Below, in pieces: positions 1-13,973 of a stretch of 64,000 nt of DNA. Under the pieces are notes generated by a model. That model was given only the letters and a program-made list of their open reading frames with translations. It ran no database searches and was not told where the DNA came from. The DNA is from Octopus vulgaris. Its lineage: Eukaryota. The position numbers and the translations under genes are program-made. The stretch spans positions 39,742,001 to 39,806,000 of the forward strand of contig OX597840.1 of the NCBI GenBank assembly GCA_951406725.2, given 5' to 3'. How positions within the stretch are numbered: the stretch's first letter is position 1; every line of letters starts with the position of its first letter.

Positions 1-34
1 GGATCGCACACACACATAGACACACACACACACA

Positions 35-116
35 CTAAAACAAAGCGAAGTGCATTGTGACCAGCGATGTGTAGCAACATCTGATAGCGTGGTCGGTCAC
101 GGTGATCACGGTGATA
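35..116 (+). mobile_element. 3' tail of tRNA-derived SINE (family C)
   Basis: Near-identical to the tail of the element at 16034-16288 (CATTGTGACCAGCGATGTGT..CAACATCTGAT..GGTCGGTCACGGT.ATCACGGTGATA). Confidence 0.75.
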
Positions 117-566
117 TATATGTATCTACGTAATGTCAAACGATAAAAATGAACGATTGACACAGCATTGGTGGATATAATTTCTTTATTTGTAAACTTG
201 GTCTGCCATTAGTTTCATGTTAAGAAAGAAGTGGAAAATATTCGAGTGACTTAACAATTTTTCAAGCCGATCTCGTAGAGAAAAGTGTTCGCCTCCATTT
301 TGGAAGCAGGAAAATGTCGATATATATATATATATATATATATAATAGAAATATTAAAATTACTAAGTCTCTATAAAAGAGATTACGGCAGCGTTTACTG
401 GAAATTAATTGTTATCGCCATATTAATATGGCATTCTTATAGATATAAGAATAATCGCTGCCGCTGGTCAGCTCCATGAGGCCACCGCCATCAAGATAGC
501 TATTGATACACGATCTGTATCCATTATAACCTTCGAACAAGGGAGGTCAGCCGCTTCACACTGCCA

Positions 567-626
567 GTCCGACAGCTACAGACGCGTTTCGGGGTATTGC
601 CCCTTGTCAATGTAGCGCAGTCAGAC
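567..626 (-). ncRNA. Type I hammerhead ribozyme (U3-A8 core), inverted copy
   Basis: Reverse complement of 753-812. Confidence 0.8.
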
Positions 627-752
627 CCGCAGGTGTTGCCACTGACGTCTCTGTTCGAAGGTTTCTATTTACCTAGTTTCAGTGGAAAACATCCACTTGT
701 TTTCAATAATAGAAATATTAAAATTACTAAGTTTCTATAAAAGAGATTACGG

Positions 753-812
753 GTCTGACTGCGCTACATTGACAAGGGGCAATACCCCGAAACGCGTCTG
801 TAGCTGTCGGAC
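753..812 (+). ncRNA. Minimal type I hammerhead ribozyme (U3-A8 core variant)
   Basis: GTCTGAC-tgc-GCTACA [TTGACAA] GGGG-caata-CCCC [GAAA] CGCG TC^ TGTAGC-t-GTCGGAC. Stem I 763-768/799-804 is extended by 753-759/806-812; palindromic stem III ACGCGT; GUC site at 796-798. Confidence 0.85.
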
Positions 813-973
813 TGGCAGTGTGAAGCGGCTGACCTCCCTTGTTCGAAGGTTATAATGGATACAGATCGTGTATCAATAGCTATCTTGATGGCGGTGGGTT
901 CATGGAGCTGACCAGCGGCAGCGCATATTCTTATATCTATAAGAATGCCATATTAATATGGCGATAACAATTA

Positions 974-1039
<66 letters not shown>

Positions 1040-1137
1040 GATAAGAGGCTTCCAAATAGGAAAGCATCTTTTTGTGCTAGCCCACTGGTAATAATAATTT
1101 ATTATTACCCTATTTTATTATATATATATATATATTT

Positions 1138-1252
1138 GGGCGGACTGCAGCTGTAATAGAAAACATGTCCGCAAGGTGTCACGCAGTGCGACTCAAACCG
1201 GAATCATGTGGTTACATAAACAAACATCTTACGCCACAGCCACATCTGCCCC
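1138..1252 (-). mobile_element. Degraded head of SINE family A
   Basis: Diverged match to the family A head (CAAGGTG.CACGCAGTG.GACT.AA.CCGGAA.CATGTGGTT). Confidence 0.55.
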
Positions 1253-1477
1253 CATTTGTTGATTGTTTTCCGTTGCTATGTCTAGCAAGGCTTCTCTTTG
1301 GCTTGTTTTTCGTTTAGTACTTTTTTTATTGTTCGTCTTATAAAACCACCATTAAAAATCAACGCAATTCACAATAAAGAATTTTTACAATCAATTGAGG
1401 AATTCGATGTGTTGAATGTAAAAGACGCCTTTTTACTAGATTTTCAATTTTTCTTTGATTATTGTCTTTATACAGAC

Positions 1478-1521
<44 letters not shown>

Positions 1522-1747
1522 CACACACACAATTGTTGTTGTTGCAATCATTTCCAGGTTGCTAACTATAGAATTGATTGGCGGCGGCATGTATTAAGAC
1601 GATTCCGTGTTTGAAGTGGATACCATTTCCATGTGAAGAATGTCTGATTCAGCGATTTCATAGTTAATATATACAGAACTTTAGATCTTATCGTTTGAAA
1701 GAAGAATACGGTTTCCGGAGAAATCATTTCTCTTTATTAACACATGC

Positions 1748-1782
<35 letters not shown>

Positions 1783-2244
1783 TATACGCGTGCATGTGCG
1801 CACACATACATACAAGTATACACACATATATTTACATAGACACATATATATGTATATGCATATATATGTATATACATATATATGTCTATATATACATATA
1901 TAAACTTATACATATATATATGTATATATATATACTTATACATACATATATACGCATATATATATATATAATATATGTATGCGGGTCCGTCTGTGCGTGT
2001 CTGTGTTTTTCTACACATATATACATATATGCATACATATACATATATATGCCCATATATACATATATATGTGTGTATATATACATATACATATATATGA
2101 ATATATATATATATACATACATATATTTTCATGTGCATACATACATATACATTTGCATATATATACATATATACATATGCAAAGGTATATGTATAAATAT
2201 GTACATACATATATATATTTGCATATATATATATGTGTGTGTGT

Positions 2245-2289
<45 letters not shown>

Positions 2290-2311
2290 CGCACACACAT
2301 TTATATATATT

Positions 2312-2356
<45 letters not shown>

Positions 2357-2797
2357 TAAAGAAACATTCATCACTCGCAATAAACACGCCATCTAAAGAT
2401 GCAGCACTTATGCTTGCAATCACATATTAACACGCACATAACCCCGTATCCTTATCTCTCTCTGAAAATATGCGTCTGTGTGTATGAACGTGTGTAATAA
2501 AACTGCATAACTGGCCTTTGTAGTTTGCGATTCGTTTAAAAATTTAAGTAGCGAGTTCTTCCATTACTTCCTTAGATGTCTAGACAGAAACTGGCGTATT
2601 TTATCATTCTTCTCTCAGCCTCCTCTATCATTGCACAAACAAACAGAGTGGCCAGAAAAGACAAAAAAAGAAATATTTTATTGATCCGGATAAGAGCATT
2701 AAAAAATAGATATAGAAAAGGTTAAAAAAACAATATAATTGTATTTGAATTTCCTGGAAATTGATATTGAATGAAGGAAGAAACGCTTAACTGTCTC

Positions 2798-2831
2798 TTA
2801 ATAGCAGACGACATCGGTCGTCTGCTATTAA
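2798..2831. repeat. Perfect 15-bp hairpin
   Basis: TTAATAGCAGACGAC-atcg-GTCGTCTGCTATTAA. Confidence 0.9.
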
Positions 2832-4243
2832 ATATTTATTCAACTCTCTGTTATATATGAGGCTCACCTCTTTATCGTATGGAATGATTTCTGATTGATT
2901 TTTGTTTTTTATTTTAATATGAATCTTAAAGAAGTCGAATAGAATGCCAAGGAGAAGAATCTGTGATAAATAATACAAGCTGTGTCTTTTTTGCTAGAAA
3001 TAGTATTCAAAATCTTTCCGTATTGCAATCTAGCATCTTTTCTATAAAAAAAAAAGCAATATTTTAAAAACTTGGTTTGTTTCTGATAATAACATTAAAG
3101 GGAAGAGAATCTCTTTTAGGTTCAGATAAGTTATGTTGAAGAAGAATATGTATATTTTAAAGAAACCATTGAAAATAAGTTTGCCTGAAAGAAAGCCGGA
3201 AATATCAAAGTATGTGAATCTTTTAACATATATCTGCTCAAGAAACCTTTTTAAGGAAAGTTATGAGAGAGATTTGGAGGAATATCGTGTATATGTAGAC
3301 GAGTGAAGGGATGAAATTGTGTCTGCAAGTTGGCAATAAGACAGAGCATTAGAGATAAATATCAATATGATGCCAGAGTAGGCCGAACGGTATATCATCA
3401 GCCGTTCGTTAGAAACTCCATGGTTCGTCAGTGGTAAGGTTTTTATTCCTCAGTGCTGGCTCATTGCATGCTGTCTCATATCATCTTTCAATTTCATTAA
3501 TACGTGTAGTAAACTGTTAATTTAGTTCATCAACCTTAGAATGATGGATGATAAAGTTGTCCCCCAGCCACACTTGAACTCATGATATAAAATGCCGGAT
3601 GAAAAATTCAAAGCAAGTTGTCCGAGATTGTTGTAGTTTTCATATCGCCCAACAACGGAGATAAATGGATTCAACTGCCTTGGTTATTCTGGGTTACAAG
3701 TATAGAATATGTCACAGACTTAAAAAAGATGTACTGGGGTCGGTTCATTCGACTCAAGTTCCTCAAGAGGGTGCCCCAGCATGGCCGCAGTCTAATGACT
3801 TAAACAAATAAACGATAAATACTAAAAATACTAAAACAGGTATATATTCCAACCAATAACTTCAATATTGTTTGGACATAATTCTTGTTACTAGCATCCT
3901 TGCAGTTGCTGCTGCCGATGATGCTGATGCTGATGCAGCCACTACTACTGCCGTTCGTGCTACTGTCGTTGCACATTTTTTGTTGTTGCTATTGTGATGT
4001 CGCGCCTTTAATTATTATTTTTACTTCAAGTGTAGATTATGCTGTAGATTCTGCTGTTGTTCTGTTCTGGTGGTTGTTGTTGCTGTTGTACTTGTTACCG
4101 TTCCTTCGATCATTGGCGTTGTTATTGCTGTTGCAGTATTGGCTGTTATCGTCATTGTTATTGCTGCTTTCGCCGCAGCTGCTGCTCTGCTGCAGTACTT
4201 GTTACACTGGATGTTGATGATGATCACGGCCATGCTGTATATA

Positions 4244-4406
4244 GGTGCAGGAGTGGCTGTGTGGTAACTAGCTTGTTTACCAACCACATGGTTCCGGGTT
4301 CAGTCTCACTGCGGAGCACCTTGGGCAAGTGTCTTCTACTATAGCCTCGGGCCGACCAAAGCCTTGTGAGTGGATTTGGTAGACGGAAACTGAAAGAAGC
4401 CCGTCG

Positions 4407-4441
<35 letters not shown>

Positions 4442-4641
4442 CTGTGTCTGTGTTTGTCTCCAACAACATCGCTTGACAACCGATTCTGGTGCGTTTATGT
4501 CCCCGTAACTTAGCGGCTCGGCAAAAAGGGGCCGATGGAATAAGTACCAGGCTTAAAAAGAATAAGTCCTAGGGTCGATTTGCTCGAATATAAAGTCGGT
4601 GCTCCAGCATGGCCGCAGACAAATGGCTGAAACAAGTAAAA
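4244..4641 (+). mobile_element. Full-length tRNA-derived SINE family A
   Basis: Pol III-like head (TGGCTGTGTGG ... GGTTCAGTC), CORE-like ACCTTGGGCAAGT box, internal (TA)n(TG)n and tail GCATGGCCGCAG..CTGAAACAAGTAAAA. Many copies in the window. Confidence 0.9.
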
Positions 4642-5291
4642 TGATTTTAAAAAATAGAAGAATGCCGCAGAAGTTGGCGTTGCTACATTTGCTCTGCCAT
4701 GTGTTATAGGCGTCGCTACTACTTTTACTCTTGTTATTCTCGTTGTTATCGCCGTCGGTGCTGTTGCTCTTGTTGTTGTAAAGCTCCTGGCTTTCACTGA
4801 TTGAGAAGACCTACAATTTTCTTGCCATGATAATCCCTTTTTCTTATTATTTTCTTCATTTTCGATAGATTACTATTAATATAACTAAGCTGCTACGATA
4901 TCTAGCAAACAGTTCGACCCCTTCCTTACCAATTTGAAAGCTAACCCACTTGTTCGTAGATAAGCCCTAAAGAACGGGGCTTGGTTCGTAGATAGAAATA
5001 TGGTGAACGAAATCACCAAATATGAAATACTTAATAAATTCCTATACGTTCCCTCCGTGACAACGACGGATACCAAAGGAAGTAAAATATTCAAATACAG
5101 ATAATTCATTGATAACGGAACCACAATACGATTTCTAACAACTTTTACACCTCAATCGCTATTTAAAATATTCAATAGCAATGCGATTGATACACACAAA
5201 CGATGTGTTTTTTCATATAAATATAAATGTATGGATATGCATATATGTGTATGTGTTTGTATGATTGTGTGTATGTGTGTCAGTATGTATA

Positions 5292-5656
<365 letters not shown>

Positions 5657-5927
5657 ATATGCTTTCTCTATATAGATATTTATATGTAGATGTATGTATA
5701 TATACTTATATATTCATATGTATGTGCGTGTATGTATATGATATTTACACATAGGCATATATCAATATCTTCATACATTAGATATCAAATTATATATTTC
5801 TTTTCTCTCAAACAGTTCACCTTATTTCTTCAGCACACTCTACGAGAGTTTCCAAGGATGGCTAATATATGAGCTTATAAATAGCTAAAGTATACGTTTA
5901 CATAAGCATAAAAACACACACAAATAT

Positions 5928-5967
<40 letters not shown>

Positions 5968-6085
5968 ATCTGTATATATATACATATATATATTTACATA
6001 TAAATATGTATATATATATATATATATATTTACATATAAATATGTGTATATATATATATATATATATATTTATATTTACCTATAA

Positions 6086-6124
<39 letters not shown>

Positions 6125-6674
6125 CATATAAATATGCGTGTATATCTATATATATATATTTATATATATATAATAATTATATATATTTCATTGAAGCTAA
6201 AAACTAACGGAGACCTTGTAACATTTAGTAAATAGCAATGCACATCTCCAGGCAAAAATAGTGTCGATTAAGACAATCTTGTTTACACACGCTCATAAAT
6301 TATTCTATAAACAACCTGAGATCAATAAGCGACTCGGTGTAAGAGAGGGTGATCCATTTGAACAGATTAGATAAATCATAAGAGTTATCTTTTCTTGCTG
6401 CAAGAATTAACAGGAGATTGCTATCTATGGATGGATGTAAGCAACTAAATTCCTGCTTATTGTTTAGCTTTTGCTTTGAATTTTTCTCTTTTTTTTTTTT
6501 TGCTTTGTGTCCTTCTTTATGAGTCATGGTGATTTTAAGCAATGTTCGCTTCTAAATTCTTCATTTCATAGCAATTGATTTTCGGAATAAAATTTTTTTT
6601 TCTCGGATAGCTTTAAGGGCCATATATTTTATGATGTCAAAAAGGAAAAAAAGGAATTCTTAAAAAGTAATCAA

Positions 6675-6930
6675 AATAATAATAATAATAATAATAATAA
6701 TATTAATAATAATAATAATAATGATAATAATAATAAAAATAATAATGTAATAATAATAATAGTAATAATAATAATAATAATAATGTAATAATAATAATGA
6801 TAATAATAATAAGAAGAAGAAGGAGGAGGAGGAGAGGAGGAGGAGGAGAAGAAGAAGAAGAAGAAGAAGAAGAAGAAGAAGAAGAAGAAGAAGAAGAAGA
6901 AGAATAGTAATAATAATAATAATAATAATA

Positions 6931-6990
<60 letters not shown>
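6675..6990. repeat. Compound (TAA)n/(GGA)n/(GAA)n/(TAA)n->(TTA)n microsatellite
   Basis: Read directly; strand switch of the AAT repeat near 6931. Confidence 0.9.
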
Positions 6991-7254
6991 AGGGCAAAAA
7001 CACGGTTCTGATTGCAGAGCGCACAAAAATAATTTTGCTCAGTTTAATATTTTTTTTTTATATTTCTCGTAAATCAAAACATATTGGAAATAAGATGCAT
7101 CTACACATCCATCGAAAGTGAATTGCCATCAATAAACGAAAGGAGAAGCTTGTTACAACGTAAATGTATATATAAAGCTATATAATTATGTAGACAAATG
7201 TTTGAATATGTACATGTATACATATTTATATATACATACACATAACCTATATAG

Positions 7255-7286
<32 letters not shown>

Positions 7287-7297
7287 GTATATGTTTA

Positions 7298-7329
<32 letters not shown>

Positions 7330-7385
7330 CATATATATGTATATGTATATTTGTATATATATATATATATATATACATATATATG

Positions 7386-7491
<106 letters not shown>

Positions 7492-7704
7492 GATATATTA
7501 TATTATATATCGATATAGTATATTATATATATATCACATCAAAAATCTTGCAAAACAAATGTATATATATAACAAAAAAAATGTATATATGGATATATTC
7601 TATTTATATTAGCATATATTTATTTATATGAATACATATCTATGCATGTATTTGTGTATGCATGTATGTATATATGAATGCATGTATGTATATATGTATA
7701 TATG

Positions 7705-7737
<33 letters not shown>

Positions 7738-8058
7738 GTGTATATATGTATATATTTATGTGTGTATTCATTTATGCATATGCGTGCGTGCGAGCGTTCG
7801 TGTATCGCGTTTTGTACGCGCAATTGCAAATACATTCATGTGTAAATAATCATATATGCGTACGTATATGCGTATGCGTGCGTCTGTGTGTCTGTGTGTG
7901 TGTACGGGCGTATGTGTCAATATACTTGTATATGTTTGTTTACACGTGAATAGGCGTATATAGATATATATTTATATTTGTATATTTGTACGTTTATATA
8001 TAAATCAGCATGTATATATATATATATATATATATACATACATATCTATATACATATG

Positions 8059-8102
<44 letters not shown>

Positions 8103-8221
8103 CAAATATACATATATACCAATAGATAGATAGATAGATAGATAGATAAATAAATATAGACACACACATATTTGCATCCACATACTCTCACACATATATT
8201 GCTATGTGCAAATTTGTATGT

Positions 8222-8283
<62 letters not shown>

Positions 8284-8854
8284 AGAATGTATGTACATAT
8301 TCATTTATGTACATATTACAGTGTATATATCCAGGAAGAATGATAAACAGAGAACAGTATTAAAAGCAAATGGAACCTAAAATAATAATAATCTATGTGA
8401 TACGATTGTATTTGCTCTAAGTGTATAAATACGGTTTATAAGATAACCTTGAATTAATCAGTGATTAATCCAAATATTTGAACCGTTTGTACCCTCAGAA
8501 CAGTCGTAAAACTGCACGGCAGTGCTAATGGATTCAGTTGCGCTGAATGGAATCAGCTTTATGTTCTTTGGGAATTTTTATTTAACATAATTTGCTTTCC
8601 GTAAAGAGAAATATCATACGAATGGTTGCGAGTTCCTTAAAGTAACATACCGGTTTCGTAGCAAATCCAGGTGATGTGTATACGCACTCATAAACACACA
8701 AGCACAGCCACACATACACACCCAAGCACACATGTACACACATAAAGGCATATATATGGAGTGTGTGTGTGTGTGTGTGTTTCTGCTTGAATACATATAT
8801 ATTTATTATATCATTAAGATGGCCTACCTTCCAATCGTCATTGTATTAGATATG

Positions 8855-8972
<118 letters not shown>

Positions 8973-9058
8973 CAGACAGAGATAGGAAAAAAGATATTTA
9001 GAAATATACATGAATGAAGACACACATACACACACACACACATATATATATATACATT

Positions 9059-9106
<48 letters not shown>

Positions 9107-9148
9107 TATATATGTACATATACATATATATATGTATATATATATATG

Positions 9149-9198
<50 letters not shown>

Positions 9199-9266
9199 TT
9201 TATATACACATATATATATATATACGTATATATATATATATAATTTGAAACTGATATATTGGAAGT

Positions 9267-9309
9267 CCACCTGAAGATTGTCGATCAAGACAAGAAATAA
9301 TTGTAGTGG
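9267..9309 (+). ncRNA. Minimal type I hammerhead ribozyme (canonical core)
   Basis: CCAC [CTGAAGA] TTGTC-gatcaa-GACAA [GAAA] TAATTG TA^ GTGG. Stem III is one change from palindrome ACAATTGT. Lies in a ~160-bp island (9242-9403) between (TA)n tracts. Confidence 0.85.
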
Positions 9310-9561
9310 CGGTTTTTTTGACTATTTATTAAAATTTTATGTATTGATTAAGTCTTTCCTTGTTTGTTTTGCAAAATAGTGGTTTTGTCTCTAATAATAT
9401 TTTATATATATATATATATATATATACATTTATATACATTTGTGTATATATATATACATTTACACGCACATACACCCCCCACATATATATGCATGTACGT
9501 ATAGATATGCAAATATAGATATAAATATGTCTATGTAAGCATACACATGTCCGCGTGTATG

Positions 9562-9611
<50 letters not shown>

Positions 9612-10082
9612 CACATGTTTGTGTATACGCATATATGCATACATGTATCTGTTTACACACCTTTTGTATTAGGCATATGTATATTCATTTCAATGAAAGC
9701 CAACCACCTTGCAATCGGTGTTATAACGGAGGATGGTTTTAATAGAAAACTTTTAATATGAATCATCACGTTTTAGATTCATTTAGAAAAAAGCATACGC
9801 ATACATAGAATCCCACAATCGTATGCACACACATAGTTATTATTTATACAATAAATCGACTGCGATTCACGATGGCAGACGATAGCGTCCTTGGAGCTCG
9901 AAACATTTTAGTTCTCAGTTTAAAGATTAATACTTAAAAATATTACACTTATCGAGGACCCGGGAAAAAATTAAAATATATTGGAAAGTATTCTAACCAC
10001 GCACTGGTAATTGTGAGAAATTTAGTAAATGAGGTTAGGATGCATGTATCTTCTTGATCTCTCGATGGAACATCGTTTAATC

Positions 10083-10388
10083 CTTTAATAAAAAAAATCT
10101 CTCGTTATATTAAGAAGGCATAGGTTCATAGCTGTTTGCCAATGGAAAATCCATTAAATAATGCGTAATGCCAAAAGGAATCAAAGAGTCACTGAATATA
10201 TTTGTATCATCCTTCAAAAATATAGAGAAATATTCCAGAACTTTAAAGAGCATTGCAGTTAGTCTTAATACCGCGGACTGTGGATACCGAAATCCTGCTG
10301 AGAAGTGTAGTTAAATTGATAATAAAACAAAAGCCCAAAATATTAATAGCCGATTTGAGTTGATCGAGCGACAATTCTTACGATAGAT

Positions 10389-10427
<39 letters not shown>

Positions 10428-10433
10428 GATAGG

Positions 10434-10510
<77 letters not shown>

Positions 10511-10569
10511 AGATAGATAGATAGATAGATCGATAGATAGAAATGTAGATAGGTAGGTAGGTAGATACG

Positions 10570-10635
<66 letters not shown>

Positions 10636-10660
10636 CACAGACACACAGACAGATAGACAG

Positions 10661-10707
<47 letters not shown>

Positions 10708-10710
10708 CAG

Positions 10711-10774
<64 letters not shown>

Positions 10775-10791
10775 GGATGGATGGATGGATG

Positions 10792-10862
<71 letters not shown>

Positions 10863-10942
10863 GGATGGATAGACAGATAGATGGATGGATAGATAGATAG
10901 ACAGAGAGAGAGAGATAAATAGATAGATAGATAGATAGACAG

Positions 10943-11002
<60 letters not shown>

Positions 11003-11027
11003 GGATGGATGGATGGATCGATGGATC

Positions 11028-11086
<59 letters not shown>

Positions 11087-11656
11087 GGATGGATGGATAG
11101 ACAGATAGATGGATGGATAGATAGATAGACAGAGAGAGAGAGATAAATAGATAGATAGATCGATAGATAGATAGATAGATAGATGGACGGACGGACAGAT
11201 AGATAGATAAATGGATGGATGTATGGATAGATAGAGAGAGAGAGAAAAGAAAATTACTGGTGATAAAACATAAACAAGTGTACTTTTTCCTGTATTCAGT
11301 TCTGTTTCTATTTCGTTATTTTGTTATTTTGAGAAACTTCTTAACGAAATGGATTCTCATCTGACCACAACCAGCTTGAGTATTGATTTATTATTTAATT
11401 CTAATGGCCACCGGATTGCCTCGGATGTTCCATCGGTATATGCAATGAACGTGTGGAAACGAAGGTTTTGTACAAACTATATATATTGGTGGCATAATAT
11501 GGTGGAATATTTCTCTATATTTTTGAAGGGTGATACAAATATATTCAGTGACTCTTTGATTCCTTTTGGCATTACGCATTATTTAATGGATTTTCCATTG
11601 GCAAACAGCTATGAACCTATGCCTTCTTAATATAACGAGAACTTTTTTTATTAAAG
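10083..11656. repeat. ~155-bp near-perfect inverted repeat (10083-10237 / 11503-11656) around a GATA-rich spacer
   Basis: For example GCTGTTTGCCAATGGAAAATCCATTAAATAATGCGTAATGCC vs GGCATTACGCATTATTTAATGGATTTTCCATTGGCAAACAGC. Confidence 0.9.
10382..11245. repeat. Compound (GATA)/(GACA)/(GA)/(GGAT) microsatellite
   Basis: Read directly. Confidence 0.95.
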
Positions 11657-11767
11657 AATGCGTAGTGATTTCAAAAAAAGGTTACCATAAAGTATCAAGC
11701 ATATTTTGGAATTGGTTACCACTTGAAGAAAAGATAGCAAAGCAAAGATAGCGAAACCAAGCAAAGA

Positions 11768-12680
11768 GCATGTTTAATTCATTTTACTATACGAGTGTCA
11801 TCCGAGATGTGAGGCAAACAAAGCAGCTAAAAATAATCTAAAAGTTTACGTTCAAAATGTCGTGAATGAAGGAACTTGCCGAAATTGGTTCGAAAACTTA
11901 AGACGCACCAATTTCAGTTTGCTTGATGAAGCTTGGCGCTGATATTTCCTGATTGGATGATGTGATTGCAAAAATACAAGCGGTAAAACTTGGAAGGGAT
12001 TCAGCTGCGGAGAATGAAAGAGCTTTTCATAGAATTTAGAGTTAGGATTATGATCATTCATAGGAATTGGTTAAAGCGTGGATGAAATTAAAATTGGGAA
12101 AATAGATTTCCTATGGTCTTTCATCAACAAATCTTCAAAAAACCATTTGGCTCCTGTGAATTGCTTCAGCTGTGATGATACTGGTCATCGTCGACAACGA
12201 TGGAAGAACTTTTTATTCATTCATTCAATCATTCACACTTAAGATCTAAGCACGATTCTAAAACAAAATCTTAAATGGAGATGGGAAATTGGATTCTTTG
12301 CGGCAATATCAAGCAGAGGATGGCTAAACCGGAATCAAAATCCTGTGGCACATCCATGAGATGGACTTCACACAGACAAAATTTCATTGAGTGTTTGTTG
12401 GATTATGTAAGGAGTTATTCATAAGGAGTTTATACGGAGCAATCAAACAACCAGGTATGCTGCCAGTTGTCAATAGCCTCACTGCTTGAAACTAATGCGG
12501 AAAAAAATCATGTAATAAACCGCAGGCTATCCTGTTTAATCAAGCTATAGCTCAACTCTCAGATCTCTAATCACTAACATGTTCTGGAATAATTCGTATC
12601 AAAAAATATACTACACCTTCCCAAATCTCCAAAAATTGTTCCACCAGATTTCATTTAGTGAGATTTTTGCATAACAATTT
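11768..12680 (+). pseudogene. Decayed mariner (Mos1-like) transposase
   Basis: Manual translation gives the HTH region ILLYECHPRCEANKAAKNNLKVYVQNVVNEGTCRNWFENLRRTNFSLLDE, then GLHTDKISLSVCW..GVIHKEF, then LPKSPKIVPPDF (cf. YSPDLAPSDF). Many stops and frameshifts. Confidence 0.85.
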
Positions 12681-13411
12681 AGACTAGTATATTACGGCCA
12701 GTCCATTCCGTAAAATCTAATAATATATTTTTTAATATTTTAATATATCAGCTATAAATGGTTGACCGTTAGTAAGGAGAGACACACAAATAAGAAAGAA
12801 AAGGACCACTGATGCGGTCACAGGAGTGTGACGAAAGAACTCTGGCCGAAATAAGATTAAGATTAATGTAAAAAACAAATACAGGTGAAGCAAATTAACA
12901 CCAAATATATAGTGCGTCTGTTTTTATTGGCTAAACTGGCAACATGACCATTCCTAAATACAACAATATCTGTTTCAACACACGACTTCACATCAAGAGT
13001 CTTGCAAAACAAATATAGAAACGATATTTATGTAGTTGTGAAAGTAAGACATTTTTCATAAAACGACCATCGAGAAATTATTTATTTTCTATATTTTCCT
13101 TTTAGAGTATAGCATAAAATAAATGAAAATTTGGAATGTAATTGAGCTCTGAAATATCTGTCTCGTGCGCTTTTTTCTATATACCTATGTGTCTGTGTGT
13201 GTGTGCGTGCGAGTGCGCGCACGTGGAAGTGAAGAAATTTACTTTTAGCGGTAGAAATCTAAGGTGTTAATGCTATAAATAATACCGTGTACAATTATGT
13301 AAATATACACACATATATATATATATATACATATATTCAAGTGAATACGGTACTTAACTTAGATGCACCAGAATTCGTTATGGTGTTAACCATAAAATAA
13401 TGTGGGGTGAT

Positions 13412-13973
13412 TATAACAACGAAAAAAGCAACAAGAATGGATTAGTAGTTTAGTACACTTGTTTCATACTAAGAACATTTTCATTTGAAGCTGCAAATAT
13501 TGCAGCAAATATAATGTCCAGTATTCATCAGCTAAATCAAATATATGTTTTCCAGACGTCCTAGAGGGTTTGATTATCCTCATGATGTATTAGGAGTGAG
13601 TTCTATGAAATTTACAGTCAAATTATAAGCAGACTTAAAATGCTTTCTAATGATGCACAGCTTCATAAAAAGTTTTTAAAAAGATTGTTAACTTCCCAGA
13701 GAAGGTGAATCCATCCATAAAAATGTAGGTATAATTTACGGAGACATGAGGAAAGCTGCTGGTCACACGCCGGTTCATTTCACAACTAAGTTGTTGCAAA
13801 CAGAATTTGGCTGTAGTAGCAAGCCCAAATAAAGAACATAATGGGAGGAAGGGAGTAGAGGAGTAAGAAGACATTTGTATTTGCTGCAATATTTGCAGCT
13901 TCAAATAAAAATGCTCTTAGTATGAAACAATTTTACTAAACTACTAATCCATTCTTGTTACTTTCCTCTTGGT

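Larger units (their letters stand above)
343..978. mobile_element. Penelope-like pseudo-LTR fold-back element between (TA)n tracts
   Basis: Layout A(343-388) B(~402-629) C A'(707-752) B-inverted(~751-978). B carries a hammerhead motif, and both ends abut (TA)n. Confidence 0.7.

Noticed and set aside
4057-4469. Recurring peptides such as [29 protein letters not shown] at several loci
   Set aside because: These are translations of SINE family A, which is non-coding.
6300-6542. ORF with faint resemblance to a Penelope GIY-YIG C-terminus
   Set aside because: Similarity too weak to support without a search.
8645-8680. Minus-strand GAAACCGGTA resembling an HHR 3' half
   Set aside because: No recognisable core or stem II upstream.
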